Shown here in pieces: positions 1 through 10,790 of a stretch of 64,000 bases of DNA. The position numbers and the translations under genes are program-made. How positions within the stretch are numbered: position 1 is the first letter of the stretch; the number at the start of each line of letters is the position of its first letter. The DNA is from Scenedesmus sp. PABB004. Lineage: Eukaryota. The notes under the pieces were generated by a model that was not told the DNA's origin, ran no database searches, and worked only from the letters and a program-made list of their open reading frames with translations. The stretch is taken from contig JABVCE010000023.1 of NCBI GenBank assembly GCA_014905635.1, forward strand, positions 1 to 64,000, in the 5' to 3' direction.

Positions 1-727
1 GTCCGGGGAGAGCTTGTCGGCGCACGCGTTGAGCAGCTGCTTGAGCTTCGCGTTCTCTGCCAGTAGCTCCTCCAGCTCCGCCTGGCTCAGCTGGCTGCTC
101 GCCGCGCGCGCAGCCACGCCGCGCTGCGCGCGCGGTCGCGGGGCGGCGGCCGGCGGCGGCGGCGGCGCTCGGGTGGGTGCGGTGCGGAGCAGAGCAGCGC
201 GCTGGCCCTCCCCAGCCGCGCCGCGGCCGGCGACGGGCGGCGCGGCACCTGCCGGCCGCGCCGCGGCCGCCGCTGCCGTCGCTGCCGTCGCTGCTGGTCG
301 CGCCGCCGCGCGCCGGCGCGCCGGCGCGCCGCTGCGGCCTGCCCGGTGGCGGCCCCAGCCGGCCCTCCCGCTGCCTGGCGGGCCCGGCGATCGGGCGCGG
401 CGGCGCGGGGGAATGCGGGACGGCCCTACGCCCAGGGGCATCCCCGCACCTGCGTGCGCCCGGGGCTGCGCCGGCGCGGCCGTATGGCACCGGAAGTGCA
501 CGCCGGCAGCACGGGCCCGCCCCTGCCGACCAGGCCGGCGGGCCGCGGGCCTGCGCGGGGCGGGGCGGGCGGGGTGGCGCAGCAATTGGCGGGCCCGGCG
601 CGCGGGGGAGCCCCCGTCGGGCGCAGCTCAATGCCCGTTCCAGCTCCTGCACCGCACCTGACCCGCTCCCGCCGCCGGGGCGCGACTGCGCGCTGGGTCG
701 CGCGCCAGCGCCTGCGAGAGAGCGCAT
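1..727 (-). CDS. Partial hypothetical protein, probably plastid-targeted, with a coiled coil; runs off the window start
   Basis: Exon 123-1 reads RGVAARAASSQLSQAELEELLAENAKLKQLLNACADKLSPD after a CAG acceptor. Candidate upstream exons are 727-658 and 449-249, but the exon2/exon3 phases do not match (likely an indel), so the start is uncertain. Confidence 0.45.
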   Translation of the reverse strand, partial: MRSLAGAGARPSAQSRPGGGSGSGAVQELERALSCARRGLPRAPGPPIAAPPRPPRPAQARGPPAWSAGAGPCCRRALPVPYGRAGAAPGARRCGDAPGRRAVPHSPAPPRPIAGPARQREGRLGPPPGRPQRRAGAPARGGATSSDGSDGSGGRGAAGRCRAARRRPRRGWGGPARCSAPHRTHPSAAAAAGRRPATARAARRGCARGEQPAEPGGAGGATGREREAQAAAQRVRRQALPG

Positions 728-1089
728 GCTGTCTGCTGTCGCGGGCGTGCGCGCTCAGCGCATGCCACGCGGCCGCGGGTGGGGTGGCACGGATCGCCGC
801 GCTCACGAAACCGCGGTGTGCTGGCCCAGGGGGCCTGCGGTGAGGTCGCGGATGGAAATGCTGCGCCGCGGGCGAGGCGTGCAGCCTCGTTCGGCAGCGG
901 GAGAGTGCGTGACGGGCGTGGGCACGCCCCAATTGGCGCCGCGGCGTTTGGGGCGACTGCGCGGGCCCCGCGCCAAACATGACAGGCGGCCGTTCCGCTC
1001 GCACGCGCCGCGGCGCCGCTCCAGGCTTGCGCATTGCGTCCGATCACGCGCGCCGAGCGACGCCGCCCGCCGGCTGGGGCCTCCCTCGC

Positions 1090-4000
1090 ATGCTGCTGCG
1101 GCTGCTGGGGAGCGCAGCAGGGGGCAGCGCGCGGTCGTCCGCGAGCGGCGCCATGGCGCTGGCGCGCCATGGCCAGCGAGCGGCGCGCCTGCCCGGCGGC
1201 GCCGCGGCGGGCGGCGCGGCGGCGCGGCGGCCGCCGCTGCTCGCGCGCGGCGCCGCGGCCGGCGCGGGCGGGCCGCTCGCGGCGCGGCTGCGCACCATCA
1301 CCCACTCCGCCGCGGCGCGGGCGCCGAGCATCAAGCCGCGCTGGGACACGGAGACGGCGCGCAAGGCGCTCGCGAGCCTGCAGGACGAGCCGACCGAGTT
1401 TGCGGCCGCGTGGAGGTGCTCGACTCGATCGTCAAGGTCTACACCGTCTACTCACGGTGCGACGAACGCGCGGCCTGGGCGGACCGGCGGGCGGGCGGGC
1501 GCCAGCGGCGGCGGCGGCGGGCGGGCCGGCGGCGGCGGCTCGCGCGGCGGCGGCGCGCCGCACGCACGCGCCCCGAGCCGCCCCCGCCGCGACCGCCGCC
1601 GCCGCCGCAGGCCTGACTACTTCCTGCCCTGTGAGCGGGCGGGCGGCAGCGCGCAGTGCGGCAGCACGGCGGGCGGCTGCGGCAGCGCGTGCGCGGCCGG
1701 GACGGTCCGCGCTGCCGCCTGGCGGCGGCGGCGCCGGCAGCCTGGCGGCGGCAGACACGCCGGCTCGCGCGACGGCCGCGCTGCCTGGCAGTCCCGCTTC
1801 CGCTGCAGGGCAAGCGGCGGCGCCGCGGCGGCGCGGCGGCGGCCGACGTGGCCGCGCCCCTCCCCCTCTTCCCCCCCGCAGGGCAGAACCACCCCAAGCG
1901 CGAGAGCACGGGGACGGGGTTTGTCATCCGGACCGCCTCATCCTCACCAACGCGCACGTCGTCGCGGACCAGACGTACGTCACCGTCAAGCGTCACGGCA
2001 GCGGCACCAAGTACCGCGCGGGTGCGCGCCCGCCCGCGCTGCCGCCCCGCCCGGGGCGGGCGCGCCGGCCGTCGCCGCTGCGCCGGCCTGGCCCGGCGGT
2101 CGCCGCCGCCCTCCCGCGCGCGCGCGCGCCGCCGCCGCCGCCCGGCGCCGCGCCAACGCCGTGTGCACGCCGCCGCCGCCGCTGCCGGCGGTGCCGCCGC
2201 GGCGCAGACGTGGTGGGCGTGGGGCATGACGTGGACCTCGCGCTGCTCACGGTGGAGGACGACGACTTCTGGTCGGGCGCCGAGGGCGGCGGCAGCGCGA
2301 GCGGCGGCGGCGCAATGAAGCCGCTGCAGCTCGGGGACGTGCCGCAGCTGCAGGTGCGCGCGGCGCCGCGGCCGCGCGGCGGGCCGGGCCCGGTCCCGCC
2401 GCCGCGCCGGCGGCGCCGCCCACGCGCGCGTCCGCGCGCGCGCTGCGCAGGAGCAAGTGCTGGTGGTCGGCTACCCCACGGGCGGGGACAACACCTCCAT
2501 CACGAGCGGCGTGGTGAGCCGCGTGGAGGTCACGCAGTACGTCCACGCGGCGAGCCACCTCATGGCCATCCAAATCGACGCCGCCATCAACCCGGTGTGC
2601 GGCCCCCCGGGGCCGGGGGCGCGCCGGCGCCAGCGCGCCGCCGCGCCACTCAGCGCGCCGCCGCGGCGCCGCCCCGCCGACGCCCCGCCGCCGCCGCCGC
2701 CGCCGCGCGTGCGCGCGCGCAGGCAACAGCGCGGGCCGGCGCTGCGCGGCGACGTCGTCGTGGGCGTGGCGTTTCAGAACCTGCCGCACGCGGACAACAT
2801 CGGCTACATCATTCCCCTGCCCGTCGTGCGCCGCTCCTCAGGTCACTGACGCCGGCGGCGCGACACGCGCGCGGCCGCCGCGCGCGCGCCGCGCGTCTTG
2901 GCTGCGCCTGCCGCCGCCGGGGCCCACGGCCGCCGCCGCCGCCCGCTGCTCGCCCGCCCCGCCCCGCCCGCGCGCGTCCGCGCCTGCTCCTTTGCCCCAA
3001 CAACGCCCGACGCGCAGCGAGGTCATGCGGTACGGCCACTACCGGGGTTTTGCAGCCTGGGCATCGTGTTCCAGACCATGGACAACCCCCACCTCCGCGC
3101 CGCGCTCGGCATGGCGCCGCACCAGAGCGGCGTGCTCATCAACCGAATCCAGCCCACCACCAGCACCGCGCAGGCGCGCGCGCGCGCCGCCGCCCGCCGC
3201 CCGCCCGCCCGCGCGCCGCCGTGCGCGTGCATGCGCCATCACTCCCTCACCCCCTCCCGCCCTCGTCACGCCCTCACCCCCCTCACGCCCTCGTCACGCC
3301 CTCACCGCACCATCCTCACGCCCCCCTCACGCCCCCACGCACGCGCCCTCCGGCCACGCCCCCCCCCCCCAACCCAATCAGGTGCTGGCCAAGGGCGACG
3401 TGCTGATGGAGTTTGACGGCGTGCCCATCGCCAACGACGGCACCGTGCACTTCCGCGCGCGCGAGCGAATCTTCTTCACTTCCCTCATAACGCTCAAACC
3501 CACCGGCTCCACCGCGCGCGTCAAGGCGCGCAGCACGGGCCCGCACCCCGCCCGCGCCCCGCGCCGCGCCGCGCTCGCCGCGCCGCCGCGCTCGCCGCGC
3601 AGCTCGCCGCGCAGCTCGCCGCGCACAAACAACCGCACCGCGGCCCGCGCGCCGCGACGCGCGCCGCGCCGCAGGTGCTGCGGCGCGGGGCGAGCTGGAG
3701 TACGACCTGCAGCTCGACCCGCTGCAGACGCTCGTGCCCGTCCACAAGTACGACCAGCTGCCCTCCTACTTCATCTACGCAGGCACGCGCCTGCGCCCCC
3801 CGCCTGCGCCGCCGCCTCGTCGCCCGGGGAGGCGCCGGCCGCGGCTGCGCGGCTGCGCGGCTGCGCGGCGGCGCGGCCCCCGCGCCGCCGGCCCCGCGCC
3901 GCGGCACCACCCCCCCCCCTTCTTGCGCGCGCGGCGCACACCCTCCGTCCGTCCCCTCTGCGCGCGCCGCGCGCCGCCCCTGCGCGCGCGCGCGCGTGTG

Positions 4001-5007
4001 ACCGCCGACCGCCGCCGCCGCGCGCCGTGCGCTGTACGTGCTGCGCGCGCCGCGCAGGGCTCGTGTTTGTGCCGCTGAGCCAGCCGTACCTTCACGAGTA
4101 CGGCGACGACTGGATGAGCAACAGCCCGCGCCGCCTCGTGGACAAGGCGCTCAACAGCCTCATGGCGCGCCCCGGGCAGCAGATCATCGTGCTCAGCCAG
4201 CGCGCGCGCGGCCGCGCCGGGGCTTAGGGCTCAGGCCGCCGCGGCCGCGTGGCGCAGCCCGGGCGCGGGGCGCCGGGGTCGGGTTTGGGCACCGCCGCGC
4301 GCCGCCCCGCGGGGCCCGCCTCACCGGCGCCCGCCCGCCCGCCGCCGCTCGCGCGGCCCCGCCTCCCTGCCCCGCCTCCCTCCAGGTGCTCGTGGATGAC
4401 ATCAACACCGGGTATCAGCAGTTTCAAAACCTCCAGGTGCGCCTCAACCCCGCGGGAGGCGGGGCGGGAGGGGCAGAGGCAGCACGCGGGAGCTGGCAGG
4501 CTCGAGGGAGGCAGGCGCGAGGCGGGCGGCGGACGGTGGCCGACCGCGCGCGCCGCCCCCGCCGCGCCGCGCGCCGCAGGTGCTGCGGGTGAACGGCACC
4601 GACGTGCTGAACCTGGCGCACCTCAAGCAGCTGATCGCCGGCGGCGGCGAGGGCGGCGGCGGCGCTGACGCAGTCGAGCCCCGGCGACGGCGCCAGCAGC
4701 AAACTGACCGTGACGATCACCGTCGGCGGCGGCGGCGGCGGCGCGCGCGCGCCCGCCGCCAACGGCGACGGCGGCGCGCGGCGCCGGGCGCGGCGACGCC
4801 GCGCCCGCGCCCGCGGGCGGCGGCGAGGCCGCCGCCGCCGCCGGCGCGCTGTCGAGCAGCGCGAGTGGGACGCCAAGTTCATCCGGCTGGAGCTGGGAGG
4901 ACGACCGCGTGATCATCATGGAGCGCGCCGCCGCCGACGCGGCCACGGAGCGGCTGCAGCGGCGCTACCGCGTGCCATACCTCAGCAGCGCCGACCTCGC
5001 CGACTGA
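1090..5007 (+). CDS. DEG10: Deg/HtrA serine protease with PDZ domains, Deg10/Deg2-like; about 13 exons, multiple apparent frameshifts
   Basis: Exons encode [26 protein letters not shown] (His), HDVDLALL (Asp), [14 protein letters not shown] (Ser, broken by an indel), [35 protein letters not shown] and [15 protein letters not shown]. Arg/Ala-rich N-terminal presequence. Confidence 0.85.
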
Positions 5008-5739
5008 CCGACCCCGCCGCCGCCCGCCGCGCGCGCGCCGCGCGGCTGCACGCTGGTCGGTCGGGACGGAGGGCGAGGCCGGCAGCCACGCGGCGCGCGC
5101 GCCCGAGGCCGGCGGCGAGCTAGCTAGCTAGCGGCGGCAGTCAGCCGGCGCGGCGGCGGGCGGCGGCGGCGCTGCGGGCGGCAGCGCCGCGCCGGCGCGT
5201 GTTCCTGTGTGCAGGCAGGCGGCGGCAGCAGCCAGGGATGCTGTGCAGCGTCAGCGCGGCGGCGGGGCATTTCTCTTGTTCCGGGCGGCGGGCGGGGCGC
5301 GTCCGTTCGTGTGTGATTCCTGCTGGCTGCTGGGCTGAGGCGGCGGCGCAGGCGCCGCCCGGCGCTGCGCGCGCGTGCAACACGCTCGTGTGCGGCCAGC
5401 GCGTTACGTACACGCCTGCCGGCAGCCCGGCCTGAGGCCAGAGGGCCGCGCGGCGCTCTCTCGGTCAAGCCGCAGCGCCGCCCCGCCCGCGGTCGTGGGC
5501 TCCGCCGCGCCCCGCCGCCCGGCTACCCTCCTACCCGCCAGAGCACGCGTGTGCCCGCCGCGCCCCGCCGCTGCCCTGCTGCCCCGCCCCGACCAGCCGC
5601 CGCCCTGCTGCCCCGCCCCGACCAGCCGCGCCCGCCCGCCCTGCCCCGCCCGCCCCCGCGCCTGCCCGCCGGCCGCCGGCGCCGCCGCCGGTCGTGACAT
5701 GACTATGACATGACATGACAGCCAGCCATCATCACGTCA

Positions 5740-7517
5740 TCACGCGGCGCGCATCGCCGCGAGCTTTCCGATGAGCTCCCCGCTCGCCTTGAGGAAGTTG
5801 AGCACGGCGATAAAGTCCACGCTGCCGCCGCTGCCGCCGGGCATGAGCTTGCCCATGCTGCGCACGACCGCCATGACCGCCGTCGGCAGGTCGGGCGCGA
5901 CGTCGGACTGCGCGCCGGGGATGGCGGGCAGGACCTTGCCGAGCTGGCCCGCAAACTCCATGACCTTCTTGATGTCAAGGTTGCCGGGGTTGATCGGCTC
6001 GCCCGGCGCGGGCATGAGCTTGCCGAGGCTCTTCAGCAGTATGAGGACCTGCGTCGCGTTGACGTTCTGCTGCAGCTCCTGCAGCTGCGCCAGCGCGTGC
6101 AGCGGGCCGCCGCCCTCGCCGCCGGCGCCGCCGCCGAGCGCGCCGAGCACGCCCTGCAGCGGCAGGCCGGGCAGCCCCGGCTTGGCGGCCGGCGCCGGCG
6201 CGTCGGCGGCGGGCGCCGCGGCCTGCGCCGCGGCCGCGCCGGGCGCGTTCTTGGCGATGGCCTGCTTGAGGATGTTCATCAGGTCCAGGTTGATCACGTT
6301 GGTGGCCGGCGCGGCGGCCTCGGCGGCCGGCGCGGCGGCCTCGACGGCCGGCGCTGCGGCCTCGGCGGCGGGCGCGGCGGCCTCGACCGGCGCGGCGGCC
6401 TGCACCTGCGCGGTGCCGACGCTGCCCGACTCCAGCCTGGCGGGCGCGACGCCTGCGGCCGCGCCGGCGCGCGGCGGCGGGTCCGCGCGGGGAGGGGGCA
6501 CCGGGCCGGCGCGCGCTGCCTGCGGCGCGGCCGCTGCCGCTGCCGCGCGCGGCGCGCGCGCGCACCGGCGCCGGCGCAGGGGGAGGCGGGGCAGTAGGCG
6601 AGGCCGTTGACGGGGAGCGACGTGGTCAGCTGCTTGTACGCCTTGGGCCCGGGGCTGGCGGAGACGATGGACAGCTTCACGGTGCCTGGGCGCGGGCGGG
6701 GCGCGACAGAGCGCGCCGCGGCGGTGGGCGCAGCGCGCCGGGAGCCGCGCGGGCGGCGGGGCGGCCGCGCGCCGCCGCGCCGCGCTCACCCGCGGCGTCG
6801 CACGGCAGCATCAGCTCCAGCTCCGCGGTGGGCGCGGGCGTGCTGCTGACCACGCGGTTCAGGCTGCGGGCGGCGGGAGGGGGGCTCGAGGCCGGGCCGG
6901 GGCGGCGCGCACGGCGGTGCGCACGGCGCGGCGCGCGCGCTGCGCACCACTTGTCGGTCACGCCGACGAAGCTGCCCTGGGTGGAGGTCACCAGGTAGTG
7001 GCGAGCCTCAGGGAAGTTCGCCTGTGTGTGGCAGGCAGGGCGGCGCGAGGGGCGGCGGGTGGGCGAGCGGCCTACGCAGCCGTCGGCGGCCGTGTGCCCA
7101 CGCAGCAGCGCGCGGCACCGCACCAGGATCTTGTGCGGCATGCCGGGGCACATCTTGACGACCGTGGAGCCCAGGCGCTTGATCACCAGGGCCGTCTCGC
7201 TGCGGGGCGGGCGGGGCGGGTGAGAACGGCGTACTGCGAGCCGAGAGGCTGTTGCCGGGGCGCCCCGCGGCCCGACCAGCTGGCCAGAGGCTGGCAGGAG
7301 CCTGATGAAGCTGCGAGAGCCGCTGACAGGGCGTGCGCGCGGGGGAACGCGGCGCGCGAGGCAGCGGTACGCACGCATCGGCCGTGGGCGCGGCGTGGGG
7401 GCCATACTGCTCCGTGGGGGTGGCCACGCAGTCCTCGGTGGCGATGCCCGTCCAGATTAGCGGGTAGCCCTGCACCGCCACCGCGCCCAGGAGCACCGCG
7501 AGCGCGAGGAGGCGCAT
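5740..7517 (-). CDS. Secreted protein of unknown function: signal peptide, Cys-containing N-domain, Pro/Ala/Glu linker, C-terminal helical repeats
   Basis: MRLLALAVLLGAVAVQGYP signal peptide; spliced exons (KMCPGMPHKIL, ANFPEARHYLVTSTQGSF, LELMLPCD, KAYKQLTTSLPVN...CPASPC); long last exon ending at TGA 5740. Confidence 0.7.
6305..6400 (-). repeat. Coding 21-bp tandem repeat (EAAAPAx)n
   Basis: PVEAAAPAAEAAAPAVEAAAPAAEAAAPA in the last exon. Confidence 0.8.
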
Positions 7518-8025
7518 GGCTGCGCGCGTTTGTGGGCGCGCGGCGAATCGCGGGGCCGGGACCGGGCGCGTGCGTTGGAGCAGCTGCTGCGTGAGGCTCG
7601 GAGCTCGCCAGGCCACTGCGCGCGGCCTGGCGAGCGGGAACGGCGCCAGAGAGGGAGCTAAAACCACGGGCGCTGTTTGCGCGGCTGGTCGGCCGCCGGG
7701 CCTTCAACTCCTGGCCGCCGCGGCGAGCGCGGCAGCTCAGAGCCGCGTCCCACGGCGCGTTGCGGAGCTGGCAGCGCGCTCGGGGCCGACGAGCGGGGCG
7801 CGCGGCGCGGCGCATGCCGGCGCGCGCGGGCGGCGGCAGCGAACAGGAACCTCGGCCCCGCCACTCAGGTCCCCTGGTTACCGAGCCCCTGCGCCGACCG
7901 GCAGAGGGAGGGCGGCCGCACAGCAGCGCGCCGCGCCCGGGGGGCCCGCTGCTGGCCGCCGCGCCGCGCGCCGCCAGCGCCCCCCGGGCCCGCGGCGCGC
8001 TGCCGCGCGTAGCGCGCGCCGCGTA

Positions 8026-8752
8026 TCAGTTGTTGGTGTCCTTCTCCGCGGCCGCGGCCTCCGCGGCGCGCTTGGCGCGCACGCCGGCGAGGCGCACGTT
8101 CATGCGCTCCACGCGCAGCTTGGCGTACGCCGGCGCCGCCTGCGCGCGCGCGTGCGGGGGCGCGCGCGCGCGCGTGAGCGCCGCGCCGCGCCGCGCCGGC
8201 GACCACGTGCCGCGCGCCCCCGCCCGGCCCCCGGCCCCCCGGCCCGCCGCCGCCGGGGCCTGTCCTGCAAGGCGCGCACCTTCATCTCGGCGGTGATGGT
8301 GACCTTCTCGAGCTTGGGCGCCGCCTTGGTGATGGGCATGACCGCGCCCTTGAGCTGCGTCGCGGTCTTGCACTCGTCCGCCGACGCGTCCATGGCCTGC
8401 GCGGCGCGGCGGCGGCGGCGGCGGGTGGTGGGCCGGGGGGAGCGGCGCGGAGCCGGCGCGCGGCGCGCGGTGCGGGCGGCGCGGCGCGGGCTGCGGCGCG
8501 GCGTGGTGCGCGCCTTGGGCTTCTTGGCGTTGCGGGGGAAAACCACGAGGTTGCTCTTGTACGCCTTGAGGCGCGCCACGTTCTCCTGCAGGGACTCCAG
8601 GCTCCGGTTGCGGCGGCGGGGGTCCACGCTGATGCCGATCGTCGGCGCCAGCTTGCGGGGGATGCCGGCCTCCTGCAGGCGGCGGGCGCGCGCGCGCGCG
8701 CGCGCAGGCGCGGCGGCGGGGCGTGGGCGGGGCGCCGCGGCGCGCTGCGGCC

Positions 8753-8784
<32 letters not shown>

Positions 8785-9331
8785 CTGCAGCTGCAGCGCT
8801 CCAGCGCTCCAGCTGCAGCGCTCCAGCTGCCGCCCGCGTTTCGCCGCGCGCGCGCGCGCGCGCGCCCCCCGCGCCGCACCTTGAGCTCCTCTAGGGAGAA
8901 GCCGCGGCCGAGCTTCTGCTTCATGTTGTAGCGTGCCGTCTGGCCGCGCACCACGGGGCGCAGCGGGCCCGCCACGGGGCGCGGGAAGGCCTTGCGCGCC
9001 TTCTCCGCGCGCGCTGCGCGGCGGCGCGGCGCGGCGGGGCGTGTCGGCGCGCGCCGCTGCTGCTGCGGCCGCGCGCGCGCGCGCCGCCGGCTGCGCCCGG
9101 CGCCGCTGCGCTAAGCGGCGCCACCGCTCGGTGCGTGCACGTGCGCGCACGCGTCGCGCCGGGCGGCCCCTGCTGCTGCTGCTGCTGCTGCTGCTGCCGC
9201 CGCTGCCGCGCGCCCGCCGCACCGTTGCGGCGGCGCAGCTTGCGCGCGGGCTGGTTGAACCAGGTCTTCACGTTGAACTGCCACTTCTTCTTCCAGTGCC
9301 CGTTAGGGATGACATTGTTGTGCCTCACCAT
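8026..9331 (-). CDS. RPL13: 60S ribosomal protein L13 (eL13), 6 coding exons
   Basis: [98 protein letters not shown]. Confidence 0.98.
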
Positions 9332-10790
9332 CTTGCCTGGCTCCCTGCGGCGGCGCGCGCGGGCGGGGCCGGCGGCGGCGGCGGCGGCAGAGCAGCGGCG
9401 TCGGCGGCCGGCGGCGCGGCGCGGCGCGCATGGCGGCGCGCCCGCGCGGCAGCGCCGGGCGCGGCGTTGCTGGGCCCGTCCGCCGGTGCTGGACGGGCGC
9501 TGCCCGGCCCTGCAGGCGGGTGCCGCCTCTGCTGCCTGCCCGGGCCTTTGCTGCTGCTGCCGGCTGCGCCGCGCCGCGCCGCGTCTGGCCCGCGAGCGCG
9601 TCGCCCGATGGCCGCGGCGGGCCCTGGTGCGCCGGCGGGCGCGGACCGCCCGAGCGGGCGGGCGCTGGCGCCGGGCGGGCGGCCTGATGGGCGCCCCCCG
9701 CCCCCGCCGGCTGCGCAGGGGCCTGGCGGCGCCGGCGCGACGCTGAAAGCGGCTGCGCTGTTGGCTGGGCGCACTGCGCACACCGCACGGCCCAGGGGGC
9801 GCTGGGCGCGATGCGGGGCGGGCCCTGGCGATGGGCCGCCGCAGTCCGGCGCGCTCACCTCTGTCAGGGCCGCCGGCCAGCGCGTGAAAGAGACCGACCG
9901 TGGGAGGCGCCGGGGGCCATGCGCACGCGCCCGCGCGGAGCTGGCGAGGTTTGGGGCGCCGGGAGACCTGCCTGGTGGGCTGGGCGCGAGCTCGCATCGC
10001 TGGCTTGAGCGACGCGCCGCGATCATCCGCGCGTGATCAGCGCGCGGCCGCCGCCGCCTGCGCGGCGCGGGCGGCTGCCGCGTGCTGCAGGCGCGTCGCG
10101 CGCTGCCGCCCCGGGCGGCCGCGGCGAGCGTGCGCTGTGATGGCGTGACGACTCGGCGTGGCGGCGGCGGGCGCGGGCGCAGCGGCTCGCCGGCGGCGGC
10201 GGCAGCTCGGCCGGCGCGGCGCTCGGCGCTCGGTGCTCGGCGCTTGGCGGCCGTGCGAGCTCGGGCCGTCTCTCGCGTGCTTCATCGAGCTGGGGCCAGG
10301 CCAAGCCCGCTGCCGCCCCGCCGTGGCAAGGCCGCCAGGTGCCGCCGGCCGGCGTCGCTGCGCCGAGCGCGCGCCGCCGCCGCCGCCGCCGAGCGCCGCT
10401 CAGCGCCGCCGCGCTGCCGTGTGATCTGGCCTCCGCCATTCTCCACTCTGGCCACCCCGCCACGACCTGGCCGCGCGCTCCCCAGCTCGCGGAGACCTCC
10501 AGCACGGGAGCCCCCACGTTCGCCCGCGCCCGCCGCTCGCGTCCCCCAGCCTCCGCACTCCGAACCCGCGCTCCACACGGCCCGCCCCGCCGCGGCGCCG
10601 TCCCGGCCGCGAGAGCCCGGTGTACTGCCCCCCCCCCCCGCGCGCCTGCGCGCCTATGGCGCCCCGGCGGCCCCTCCACGAGCCCGCCAGCACCACACAC
10701 GCCAGCGCCGCGCCGCGCGCCTGAGCGCCTGGGCGCGGAGGAGGGGCGCGGCGCGCGCCCGCAGCAGCGGACCGCGCCGCCGGCGCCGCG

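Noticed and set aside
9340..10790. snoRNA or site-II (TGGGCY) elements upstream of RPL13
   Set aside because: No convincing C/D box pair with a terminal stem; TGGGCY is expected by chance at this GC.
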